Shown piece by piece: positions 42,527-51,853 of a stretch of 64,000 nt of DNA. Source of the DNA: Candidatus Poribacteria bacterium (GTDB taxonomy: Bacteria > Poribacteria > WGA-4E > WGA-3G); contig OZ243938.1 of assembly GCA_965214095.1 (NCBI GenBank), forward strand, positions 3,104,001-3,168,000. Reading direction: 5' to 3'. Below the pieces are notes generated by a model, which saw nothing but the letters and a program-made list of their open reading frames with translations, searched no databases and was not told the DNA's origin. The translations under genes were made by a program, and so were the position numbers. The number at the start of each line of letters is the position of its first letter. The first letter of the stretch is position 1.

Positions 42527-42883
42527 TTATGTCTCATCCCGAGATACTCTCTGAACTGCTCGGTTATATCTCTTAGGATCTTTGAAATACAACTTAGCAT
42601 TTGTCAACCACTCGCTTTAACAAAGCAAGGTTATCCTGCTCAATGTTCTCTACTTTCAACAGAGATCTAATCTTTTCTTCACGGAACACACCATATAACT
42701 GTCCTACGGCAGCATTCAGGAATGCTGCAGTCAATGCTGTGACGTTATGAAATGAGATTGATATTTTCTTGTCTGCTTTTAGTGCTAAAGCCACACGTTC
42801 ATAAACTTTTTGTCCATCACCAGAAGAAACACATAAAGGACTACCTACAACTTCAATAGGGATATTCTTATCACCTGTGGCAT
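42527..42883 (-). pseudogene. STAS-like (DUF4325) domain pseudogene with two frameshifts
   Basis: Reconstructed as MPQVIRISL/EVVGSPLCVSSGDGQKVYERV...SFHNVTALTAAFLNAAVGQLYG...LLKRVVD/AKLYFKDPKRYN. There is a 1-nt loss near 42855 and a 1-nt gain near 42601. Confidence 0.75.
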
Positions 42884-42969
42884 GGCAATCTCCCGTGATA
42901 TTTGTTTATGCATACAATTGATATAAATCCAAAACGTTGTGAAAAGACAATTAGTTTTTAAAGATTAGA

Positions 42970-44340
42970 TTACAACACATGCACAGCACGACCATAAGCC
43001 GCCTCAGCAGACTCCATCACCATCTCAGACAACGTTGGATGTGCATGTACAGTATGCGCAATATCCATTGCAGACGCACCCAAGCGAATTGCAACCGCAG
43101 CCTCATGAATCAACGTTGAAGCATGCACCCCCACAATATGTACACCAAGAATATCACCACTATCTGCATCCGTGATTGTCTTCACAAATCCATCCGCTTC
43201 ACCCATACCTAACGCCATACCACTTGCCCCATAAGGAAATCTACCTATCTTAACCTCGTACCCCTCATCCATTGCCTCTTTCTCAGTCATTCCTGCATGT
43301 CCAATTTCAGGTAAAGTAAACACACACCACGGAATGACTTGGTAATCCATCTCAGTCGTTTCACCGAGGCAGTTTTGCGCTGCCACCTTTCCTTCCGCAG
43401 ATGCCACGTGTGCCAACAAATACCGACTTGCAACATCACCAACAGCATAAATCCCGGATACATTCGTTTTCATCTGTTCATTCACAATGATTTTACCATT
43501 CTCTGTGTGGACTCCCACCTTTTCTAACCCAATTCTCTCTGAATTATAACGCCTACCGATAGAAACAAGCATCTTTTCAGCAGTGAGTTTCTCACCAGAT
43601 TCAAGTACTGCCGTAACACCATTCTCCGATTTCTCAACACCGGTTATTTTCGCACCTGTCTGTATAGAGATACCTTTCCGCTTCATGAATAGTTGAATAT
43701 GCCGAACAACCTGAACATCTTCAGTAGCCAGAATTGTCGGAAGCAGTTCCAACACAGTCACTTTACAACCGAAAGCATTGAAAATAGAAGCGAATTCACA
43801 CCCAGAAACACCTCCACCAACAATAAGCAGACTTTCAGGGAGTTCCGTAAGTTCAAGAATACCTGTCGTAGTCAGGACATCCGTTTCATCAATTTCAAAG
43901 ATAGGTGGCTCAGCAGGTTCCGACCCAGTAGCAAGAATGACGTTTTTCACTTTGACCTGTTCAGTTGTGCCATCTGCTTTTTTCACGGAGACTGCATCTT
44001 TGTCTGTTAGAGTAGCCTCACCATTTATGGTATGTATTTTGTTTGCCTTCAAAAGTTGCCCAATCCCACCTGTCAACTTCTGAATAACTTCTGTCTTATG
44101 TGAATATGCCTGTGAATAATCAACGGCTATGTCAGGAATATTGAGGGCAGGCGTGTGTTGAACTTGTTCAGCAAGATGTGCAATAGAAAAGAGGGTCTTC
44201 GTCGGAATACACCCCCTATTGAGACAGGTTCCACCCCACTCTCCGCTTTCTATAAGACACACGGTGCCACCCATTTGTGCTGCTCTGATAGCAGCAACAT
44301 AACCACCAGGTCCCCCACCTATAATTCCAACATCATACAT
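42970..44340 (-). CDS. lpdA: Dihydrolipoyl dehydrogenase
   Basis: GGGPGGY, GGTCLNRGCIPTK and HAHPTLSE. Confidence 0.96.
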   Translation of the reverse strand: MYDVGIIGGGPGGYVAAIRAAQMGGTVCLIESGEWGGTCLNRGCIPTKTLFSIAHLAEQVQHTPALNIPDIAVDYSQAYSHKTEVIQKLTGGIGQLLKANKIHTINGEATLTDKDAVSVKKADGTTEQVKVKNVILATGSEPAEPPIFEIDETDVLTTTGILELTELPESLLIVGGGVSGCEFASIFNAFGCKVTVLELLPTILATEDVQVVRHIQLFMKRKGISIQTGAKITGVEKSENGVTAVLESGEKLTAEKMLVSIGRRYNSERIGLEKVGVHTENGKIIVNEQMKTNVSGIYAVGDVASRYLLAHVASAEGKVAAQNCLGETTEMDYQVIPWCVFTLPEIGHAGMTEKEAMDEGYEVKIGRFPYGASGMALGMGEADGFVKTITDADSGDILGVHIVGVHASTLIHEAAVAIRLGASAMDIAHTVHAHPTLSEMVMESAEAAYGRAVHVL

Positions 44341-44373
44341 AACCTTATCAACTCCTAATTTTGAATGAATACA

Positions 44374-44402
44374 ATTCTAACACAACAAATTAGGCGTGTC
44401 AA
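44374..44402 (-). promoter_or_regulatory. Sigma70 promoter for lpdA
   Basis: TTGACA-17 nt-TAGAAT with an extended TG. Confidence 0.7.
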
Positions 44403-44596
44403 GGCAGCCTTCAATTGTCCTCTTGTTGGAGGGTTTCTAACCCTGATTGATAGCAAAATGATAGAATACAACGAAACAATATCATTTCTAATAGGTAATC
44501 TTTTATTGATAAACGCCATTCATAAAAGGGTAACGATTAAGCACCAACCCTTATCCGCGTAATCTGTGTAATCCGCGATTCAGAAACAAATTATTC

Positions 44597-44625
44597 TTGA
44601 CGATTCAACGATTTTAGGATATACT
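44597..44625 (+). promoter_or_regulatory. Sigma70 promoter for gltB
   Basis: TTGACG-17 nt-TATACT. Confidence 0.6.
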
Positions 44626-44746
44626 TTAACTTGTGAATAGAGTTAACCTAAGGAGAAAATAGTTATATTTATTACCTGACGGTATCCAAACTATTGTTAT
44701 ATCGGCTTATATATTAGATCATATTATTTAACGGATACCGACAGTC

Positions 44747-47700
44747 TTGATTACTTGGAGTATGAGTTTACAAATGCACGAACATTTATATGAGAAAGAT
44801 GCTTGTGGGGTAGGTTTTATAGCAAATCGTTCAGGCAATCGAAGTCACGCAATCCTGGAGATGGCAATACAAGCGGTCACAAATTTGACACACCGAGGCG
44901 CAGTCGCTGCTGATGCAAAAACAGGCGATGGAGCAGGTATCCTCACACAGATCCCAGAGAAATTATTTACAAAAGAATTACACAGAGTCGGAGCACGGAT
45001 AGATTCGATTGATGACCTTGCAGTTGGGACCATTTTCCTATCAAAGAATGACCCAGTAGCACAAGAACGTAGTCAGAAAATCGTAGAAGACATTTTACAC
45101 CAGTACGGATTCCCACTACTTAGATGGCGTTCCGTTCCTATTGATGATTCCGCACTTGGAGAAAAAGCATTGGCAACATCGCCATTGATTCAGCAGGTGC
45201 TTATTGGAAGACCGAACCATATTACTCTTGACAATTTTGAGAGACGACTCTATCTTATTTGTAAGGAAATTGAACATCAGGTCACAGAAGAGCAACTTCC
45301 AGATTTTCATATCGCCTCATTCTCACACCGCACCATTGTATATAAGGGACTCCTTGTTGCCCCACAATTGGCAATGTTTTATTCTGATCTTTGCAATGAT
45401 GATTTTGAAGCATCCTTAGCGGTTTTTCACCAGCGTTACAGCACGAATACTTCATCAACATGGCCCCTTGCCCAGCCGTTCCGTATGCTCGCACATAACG
45501 GTGAGATTAACACCTTGATGGGAAATAGAAATTGGATGCGCGCACGTGAAGCAGAATTGTCTTCACCTATATGGAAAGAGGATATAAAAAAACTTACACC
45601 GATTATCAATCCTTATGGAAGCGATTCTATGAGTTTGGATAACGCATTGGAACTATTGACACATTCTGACCGAAGCATCCTCCATTCAATGATGTGTCTA
45701 ATACCAGAAGCTTATGAACAGATACCAGATATGTCCGAGGAACTGAAAACCTGCTATCAATACCTCTCTTGCGTTAGCGAACCTTGGGACGGTCCGGCTG
45801 CTGTTGCGTTCACTGATGGAGTTATTGTCGGAGCAGGTTTGGATAGAAACGGACTAAGACCCGCACGATATAAAGTAACCGATGATGGTCTCGTTGTCAT
45901 GGGATCTGAAGTTGGTATCATTGAATTGGATGACAGTCGTGTTGTCAGAAAAGGAAGATTAGGTCCAGGTCAAATGATTGCTGTTGATACATTACGTAGT
46001 GAATTACTATTGGATGTAGAGATTAAAAATGAGGTGGCACATCATAAACCCTATGCAAAATGGATCAATCAGCGCACACATTTAAGCGACCTAAATCCTC
46101 AGGCTCCCGGCACCATTACACCCATTCCAGATGATCTTCAAACGCAACAAAAGGCGTTTGGTTATATGACAGAAGATGTTGAACGATTTATAAAACCGAT
46201 GGTCCTTCAAGCGAAAGAATCAGTTGGTTCTATGGGAGATGATACACCGCCTGCTGTTATTTCACGAAATCCACGATTACTTTATCACTATTTTAAGCAG
46301 CTGTTCGCACAAGTTACTAATCCCGCAATTGACTCACTTAGAGAACGACTGGTAATGTCTCTAACGACCTATCTCGGTAAACGACACAGCCTTCTAACAG
46401 AGACCGAACACCACGCAAAAGTAATCCGATTGACTTCACCTATTTTGACAAACGAAGAATTAGAGGTTTTGAAAACACAAGACTCACCGGACTTCAAACA
46501 TGCTACAATACCTGTTTGCTTCCGTGTTTCATCTGGACCACAAGGATTGGAACAGGCACTTGACACTTTATGTGAAAATGTTTTAGATGCTGTATCTGCT
46601 GGAAACACACTATTAGTCTTGACTGATAAGGATGTTAATCCTGAATCCGCTCCGATTCCAATGCTTCTTGCTGTGGGAGTGGTACATCATCATCTCATCA
46701 GAGAAGGCAAACGGATGCAAGTCAGTCTCATCATTGAAGCAGGAGACCCTCGTGAAGAGCATCATTATGCTGTGCTACTCGGATATGGTGCTGATGCTAT
46801 CAATCCTTACCTTGCATTTTCTACGATTGCTCAACTTGCTGAAAATGATGAATTTGAAGAACTTAACACAGAACAAGCGATCAATAACTATAAAGAAGCA
46901 GTGGAAAAAGGTATTTTAAAAATTATGGCAAAGATGGGGATTTCCACAGTCTCAAGTTACCGCGGCGCACAGATTTTTGAGGCAATCGGCATCAATTCCT
47001 CAGTTATTGATAGATGTTTTACAGGCACTCCTTCAAGGTTAAGTGGAATCGGTTTTGAACATATCGCTGCTGAAACACTACATTTCCATACAAAGGCTTT
47101 TGGAGGAACGGACGACAGACGAACTTTACAAGAAGCAGGTTATTTCAGATTTCGTAGAAACGGTGAATTTCACGCATTTAACCCAACTGTATTCAAGGCA
47201 ATGCACAAATTCGTCAAGAGCGGTGATGCTGAAGATTATGCACAATATGCCGAAGCAGTGGAAGAGGGCGATCCATCCAGTCTACGCGATTTACTTGCAT
47301 TCAAACCGAGTACACCCATTCCCATAGAGGAAGTTGAACCAGCAGAAGATATTGTCAGACGTTTTACCACCGGAAGTATGTCTTTTGGGGCATTAAGCCG
47401 AGAAACACACGAAACTTTGGCTATCGCAATGAACAGACTTGGCGCAAAATCTGGAAGTGGTGAAGGCGGTGAAGACACGGGACGTTTTGTTCAACAACCA
47501 AATGGTGATCTCGCGTCAAGTGCATTAAAACAGGTTGCCTCCGGACGATTCGGTGTAACCCCACAATATCTCGCCTCAGCACGTGAGTTAGAGATTAAAA
47601 TGGCTCAAGGGTCTAAGCCTGGAGAAGGTGGACAAATTCCCGGCCATAAAGTAACACTTGAAATTGCAAAGATTCGGCACTCCATTCCGGGTGTCCCTCT

Positions 47701-49264
47701 AATCTCACCACCGCCACATCATGATATCTATTCAATTGAAGACCTCGCACAATTAATCTATGACCTCAAACAAGTTAACCCACGCGCGAAAGTTGCTGTA
47801 AAACTCGTATCTGAGTTTCTAATCGGAACAATCGCTTCTGGTGTCGCAAAGGGATATGCAGATGTTATCCAAATAAGTGGACACGAAGGCGGTACTGGTG
47901 CCTCTCCTCTGAGTTCCATCAAAAACGCTGGCACGCCATGGGAACTCGGTCTTGCAGAGACACAGCACCGACTCGTTGAAAATGAACTACGCGACCGTGT
48001 TGTCCTCCGAGTTGATGGTGGGATGCGTTCAGGACGCGACATCGTTATCGCAGCTATGTTGGGGGCAGAGGAATATGGATTCGGTACTTCAGCAATGGTT
48101 GCGACAGGATGTGTCATGGCGCGTCAATGCCATCTAAACACTTGTCCTGTAGGTGTTGCCACGCAAGACCCAGCACTCCGAGCAAAATATCCAGGCACTC
48201 CTGAAATGGTCGTCAACTTTATGCTCGGAGTAGCAAATGAGGTACGTACTATTCTCGCGACTTTAGGACACAAATCCCTAAATGATATTATTGGTCGTCC
48301 AGAATTGTTACAACCCGCAGACTTAGTTGACTATCCCAAAGCTGCAACCCTTGACCTAACAGAGATCCTCTCACCCGCAGATGCCACAGGTGAGAGTCCA
48401 CGTTACCATCTGCACGAGCGGAACAATCGTGTAGATATACCATTAGATGACCAAATTCTGGTTGATGCAGCCACTGCAATCGAAAAGAGGGAACCTATTC
48501 AACTTTCATACAATATACGGAATACACACCGAACTGTTGGGGCAAAATTATCAGGGGAAATTGCATTTCAATATGGGGATACACTATTACCGAAAGAGAC
48601 AATACGATGCCACTTTAAAGGCAGTGCAGGACAGAGTTTCGGGGCATTTTGTATTAGTGGACTACAACTTGTTTTAACCGGTGAAGCAAATGACTATGTT
48701 GGAAAAGGTATGGCAGGCGGAGTAATTGTCATCAAACCTTTATCTGACGCGCGTTTCAAATCACATGAGAATACTATCATCGGTAACACTGTGCTATATG
48801 GAGCAACAAGCGGATCATTATATGCCGCTGGAAGAGCGGGAGAACGTTTCTGTGTACGAAATAGTGGAGCAACAGCTGTCGTGGAAGGTGTCGGCGACCA
48901 TGGATGTGAATATATGACTGGTGGCACTATAGTGATATTAGGAGAAACAGGACGAAACTTTGGTGCAGGTATGACAGGTGGTGCAGGTTACGTCCTTGAT
49001 GAAAACCAACAATTTGAAAATAAGATAAACCCACAACTCATTAAGTTAGAACGTGTAACTGAGAAGGTAGACGAGGATACGTTAGTAGAGTTGATACAAA
49101 AGCATCTTGAGTTGACAGATAGTCGTCGTTCTGAACAGATCCTTGCCAACTGGGATGTATTCTTACCACTATTCTGGAAGATAATCACGCCACCACCGCC
49201 ACCACCACCAGCACCAACGAGACGTGTCCGTAAGAGAACACCCAGAAAAAAATCTGAAAGTTAA
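44747..49264 (+). CDS. gltB: Glutamate synthase large subunit (start may be 44762 or 44774)
   Basis: DACGVGF, HRGA, HQRYSTNT, EIKMAQGSKPGEGG, CVMARQCHLNTCPVG and GXGXG domain. Confidence 0.98.
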   Translation: MITWSMSLQMHEHLYEKDACGVGFIANRSGNRSHAILEMAIQAVTNLTHRGAVAADAKTGDGAGILTQIPEKLFTKELHRVGARIDSIDDLAVGTIFLSKNDPVAQERSQKIVEDILHQYGFPLLRWRSVPIDDSALGEKALATSPLIQQVLIGRPNHITLDNFERRLYLICKEIEHQVTEEQLPDFHIASFSHRTIVYKGLLVAPQLAMFYSDLCNDDFEASLAVFHQRYSTNTSSTWPLAQPFRMLAHNGEINTLMGNRNWMRAREAELSSPIWKEDIKKLTPIINPYGSDSMSLDNALELLTHSDRSILHSMMCLIPEAYEQIPDMSEELKTCYQYLSCVSEPWDGPAAVAFTDGVIVGAGLDRNGLRPARYKVTDDGLVVMGSEVGIIELDDSRVVRKGRLGPGQMIAVDTLRSELLLDVEIKNEVAHHKPYAKWINQRTHLSDLNPQAPGTITPIPDDLQTQQKAFGYMTEDVERFIKPMVLQAKESVGSMGDDTPPAVISRNPRLLYHYFKQLFAQVTNPAIDSLRERLVMSLTTYLGKRHSLLTETEHHAKVIRLTSPILTNEELEVLKTQDSPDFKHATIPVCFRVSSGPQGLEQALDTLCENVLDAVSAGNTLLVLTDKDVNPESAPIPMLLAVGVVHHHLIREGKRMQVSLIIEAGDPREEHHYAVLLGYGADAINPYLAFSTIAQLAENDEFEELNTEQAINNYKEAVEKGILKIMAKMGISTVSSYRGAQIFEAIGINSSVIDRCFTGTPSRLSGIGFEHIAAETLHFHTKAFGGTDDRRTLQEAGYFRFRRNGEFHAFNPTVFKAMHKFVKSGDAEDYAQYAEAVEEGDPSSLRDLLAFKPSTPIPIEEVEPAEDIVRRFTTGSMSFGALSRETHETLAIAMNRLGAKSGSGEGGEDTGRFVQQPNGDLASSALKQVASGRFGVTPQYLASARELEIKMAQGSKPGEGGQIPGHKVTLEIAKIRHSIPGVPLISPPPHHDIYSIEDLAQLIYDLKQVNPRAKVAVKLVSEFLIGTIASGVAKGYADVIQISGHEGGTGASPLSSIKNAGTPWELGLAETQHRLVENELRDRVVLRVDGGMRSGRDIVIAAMLGAEEYGFGTSAMVATGCVMARQCHLNTCPVGVATQDPALRAKYPGTPEMVVNFMLGVANEVRTILATLGHKSLNDIIGRPELLQPADLVDYPKAATLDLTEILSPADATGESPRYHLHERNNRVDIPLDDQILVDAATAIEKREPIQLSYNIRNTHRTVGAKLSGEIAFQYGDTLLPKETIRCHFKGSAGQSFGAFCISGLQLVLTGEANDYVGKGMAGGVIVIKPLSDARFKSHENTIIGNTVLYGATSGSLYAAGRAGERFCVRNSGATAVVEGVGDHGCEYMTGGTIVILGETGRNFGAGMTGGAGYVLDENQQFENKINPQLIKLERVTEKVDEDTLVELIQKHLELTDSRRSEQILANWDVFLPLFWKIITPPPPPPPAPTRRVRKRTPRKKSES

Positions 49265-49330
49265 TACCCAAGACAATAGATAGAGACAAGAATCTTTTCA
49301 AAGAAGAGCATACCATCAATGAAATTGTTG

Positions 49331-49360
49331 GTTCGTAGTCGCGCAATTCACTACGTCTCA
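49331..49360 (+). repeat. GTAG-type REP (family B, copy 3, degenerate right arm)
   Basis: GTTCGTAGTCGCGCAATTCA, identical to 42441-42460. Confidence 0.7.
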
Positions 49361-49411
49361 GACATCCCAGTTCAATGACAATTTCATGCATAACATTAAT
49401 TCTATAAAAGC

Positions 49412-49447
49412 ATAAACCTCTAATTGAGATCTCAATTAGAGGTTTAT
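49412..49447. terminator. Perfect 36-bp palindrome, likely bidirectional terminator between convergent gltB and exbD
   Basis: ATAAACCTCTAATTGAGA|TCTCAATTAGAGGTTTAT. Confidence 0.65.
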
Positions 49448-49512
49448 ATGTAATCATTTCCAAGGTTAGTTGTTTTCAGCAGTGTAAGACCAATCTTTCA
49501 GCATCATGCTGG

Positions 49513-49953
49513 TCAGTTGGTTCCTCCACCACCTTCTTCATCAGCAACAGCAAAGGCAACTTCAAGTCCTTCAACCTTAGACGACCGCAACTTTGCCCGT
49601 TCAACAACATCAATCACGCGTCCGTGCTTGGCACGTTTGTCCGCTTTAATGATAAGAGTGCTAATCTTGTGTTCATGGGCAGCTATAAAAAGTCCTACCT
49701 CTTCCAAAGTTTGCATCTCTCGATCATCAATCGCTATACGACCATCACTGCTGATAAACAGGTTATATTTTTTTCTTGGAAACTCGTGTTCCGTTGTGGA
49801 ATCCGGTAGAGTAACACTGAATGGCGGGGGAACCCGCATAATGGCTGAGACCATGAAGAAAATGAGTAATAAAAACACACAGTCAATCATAGGAGCCATT
49901 GGAATATCATCATCACTACCAGTATTCCGTCTGCGTCTCATTTGGAGAGCCAT
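49513..49953 (-). CDS. exbD: ExbD/TolR family protein
   Basis: MAPMIDCVFLLLIFFMVS with the essential TM Asp, and IKADKRAKHGRVIDVV. Start at MALQ after AAGGAG. Confidence 0.92.
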   Translation of the reverse strand: MALQMRRRRNTGSDDDIPMAPMIDCVFLLLIFFMVSAIMRVPPPFSVTLPDSTTEHEFPRKKYNLFISSDGRIAIDDREMQTLEEVGLFIAAHEHKISTLIIKADKRAKHGRVIDVVERAKLRSSKVEGLEVAFAVADEEGGGGTN

Positions 49954-49994
49954 ATCTATTCTCCTTTTATAGAAATGAAATCTGATTAACCACT

Positions 49995-50444
49995 TCAATC
50001 TCGCGCAGCAATGGCAAATCCAATTTTATCAATACCTGCATCTTTTGCTACATCCATCACCCGCACAATCTGTTCATGTAGAACATCACGTTGGGATTGA
50101 ATAATAAGCATAGTTTTCTGTTCTTCAGGTGCATTGAGAAGCATGCCAAACATTTCGTCAAATTGCACAACTGACCCATTCAAAAGCATCGTACCAGCTT
50201 TATCACTGACAGTAGGATTGTCAATCTTGACGACGAGCCCCTTCGGTTTCTCCTTTGAAGGAGGACCCGGAGGCGGAAGTTGCACACGAATACCCGGCAT
50301 CGGGGCAAATGTCGTTGACACCATGAAGAAAATCAGGAGCAGGAACACACAATCAATCATTGGAGCCATACTGAGCGTCGGCGGTTTACGTTCGCGTATT
50401 CGCGTTGCCATAAGGCTTAATTTGGCTTCACCAAGTTGTTGCAT
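49995..50444 (-). CDS. exbD: ExbD/TolR family protein
   Basis: MAPMIDCVFLLLIFFMVSTTF and VRVMDVAKDAGIDKIGF. Confidence 0.92.
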   Translation of the reverse strand: MQQLGEAKLSLMATRIRERKPPTLSMAPMIDCVFLLLIFFMVSTTFAPMPGIRVQLPPPGPPSKEKPKGLVVKIDNPTVSDKAGTMLLNGSVVQFDEMFGMLLNAPEEQKTMLIIQSQRDVLHEQIVRVMDVAKDAGIDKIGFAIAARD

Positions 50445-50470
50445 TTCAAATTCTCCCTATAGTTAGACAT

Positions 50471-50492
50471 AAGCGAGGAATATGCCTCGCTT
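50471..50492 (-). terminator. Stem-loop between exbB and exbD
   Basis: AAGCGAGG-AATATG-CCTCGCTT. Confidence 0.45.
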
Positions 50493-50499
50493 GTTGTAA

Positions 50500-51567
50500 T
50501 TAAGCGTTCGCATCGCCAACAATCAATTGGTTAACGATTTCTGTGGATACCTGGGAGATTTCAACCATATGCCTATTAACCCAACTGTCAAACAATTGGA
50601 AGAAAATCAGACACGGAATAGCAACTGTCAAACCACCAGCGGTTGTGAGGAGTGCCTGTGAGATACCACCAGCAAGTTGTTGCGGATCACCTGTACCTTC
50701 AAGAGCAATCGTGGTAAACGCAGTAATCATACCCGTAACAGTACCGAGCAAACCAAAGAGCGGTGAAACAACTGCGACCGTTCCAAGCACCGGAAGATTT
50801 CGTTCTAACTCAGGAATTTCAAGGAGGCTTGCTTCTTCAATGGCTTCCTGAATTTCTTCTTTTGTAATATCTCTCTCTTCTATCTGAGCTTGGCTATATC
50901 TGAGCAGGCCGGCTTTCAATACGTTAGCAAGAGGTCCACCTGCTTCTTCACAAGTTGAGACGGCTTCCATTATGTTCTCTTTCCGTAATGAATCAGCGAT
51001 ACTTGCAATGAACTGCTCTGTTCCAATTCGTGAGCGACTACGAACAAAAGTGAAAAGTCTTTCAATAATGAAAGTAAGCGCGACAATAGAGCAAATCGCT
51101 AACGGATAAAAAACAAATCCAAACTTCATGAAAAAGGAGATAATATTATCCTTTTCTCTCATTTTAATACGGTCAAAGATTTCACCGCCAGCAGCAACAA
51201 CCTTTGACTTACCAATGCGATCTCCATAACCTTCTTTCGCTACACTAATAGTGTAACGTCCAGCGGGAAGTCCGGTTTTTTCATAGGCACCTTGATCATC
51301 TGTAGTTACTAAATACTCTTGACCACTACCAGCATCAACGATCTTTACAGAAACGCCTTCTATAGGATTCTGCTCAGCGGAAGTATCAATAACTTCTCCC
51401 TTAATCGTCGCATTACCACCCATGCTGTCAACGCCTTCATCTGCAGCCTCATCGCCTGAGACATCTACACTCGGTGCTTCAACCGGTTCTTCTTCTTGTG
51501 CTATTACAATGCTAGTAGCCATGAAAACACAAGCGACTAACATTAAAAGTAAACTTAAACGAGTCAT
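50500..51567 (-). CDS. exbB: MotA/TolQ/ExbB proton channel with N-terminal carboxypeptidase-regulatory-like periplasmic domain
   Basis: Signal peptide, IKGEVID...TTDDQGAY...LPAGRYTISVAKEGY, then SPLFGLLGTVTGMITAF and GGISQALLTTAGGLTVAIP. Confidence 0.9.
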   Translation of the reverse strand: MTRLSLLLMLVACVFMATSIVIAQEEEPVEAPSVDVSGDEAADEGVDSMGGNATIKGEVIDTSAEQNPIEGVSVKIVDAGSGQEYLVTTDDQGAYEKTGLPAGRYTISVAKEGYGDRIGKSKVVAAGGEIFDRIKMREKDNIISFFMKFGFVFYPLAICSIVALTFIIERLFTFVRSRSRIGTEQFIASIADSLRKENIMEAVSTCEEAGGPLANVLKAGLLRYSQAQIEERDITKEEIQEAIEEASLLEIPELERNLPVLGTVAVVSPLFGLLGTVTGMITAFTTIALEGTGDPQQLAGGISQALLTTAGGLTVAIPCLIFFQLFDSWVNRHMVEISQVSTEIVNQLIVGDANA

Positions 51568-51804
51568 TCGTTCGGGTTCTCCTTTAGTTAAGTTTTATGC
51601 CAATTCGGCAGTAATTTCTATTATAAATCATTAAATCGAAAAACATGATAAACACATTTTCAAACTTGCAACAGTTTATACTCTGATTCTGAATTATCAA
51701 CACCTGAACGCTTTAAAAGTTACGGTTTGTTCAGAATTCTGCTTTGTATTAAGGTTATATACCTATACAACAAACACATGCACTAACTAACTTAATTCAT
51801 AAAG

Positions 51805-51837
51805 TTTGTTGGACCCAGAGAAACTGAGTCCAACAAA
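51805..51837 (-). terminator. Stem-loop downstream of the large lipoprotein gene
   Basis: TTTGTTGGAC...GTCCAACAAA. Confidence 0.55.
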
Positions 51838-51853
51838 CCACTAATGAACTTAG

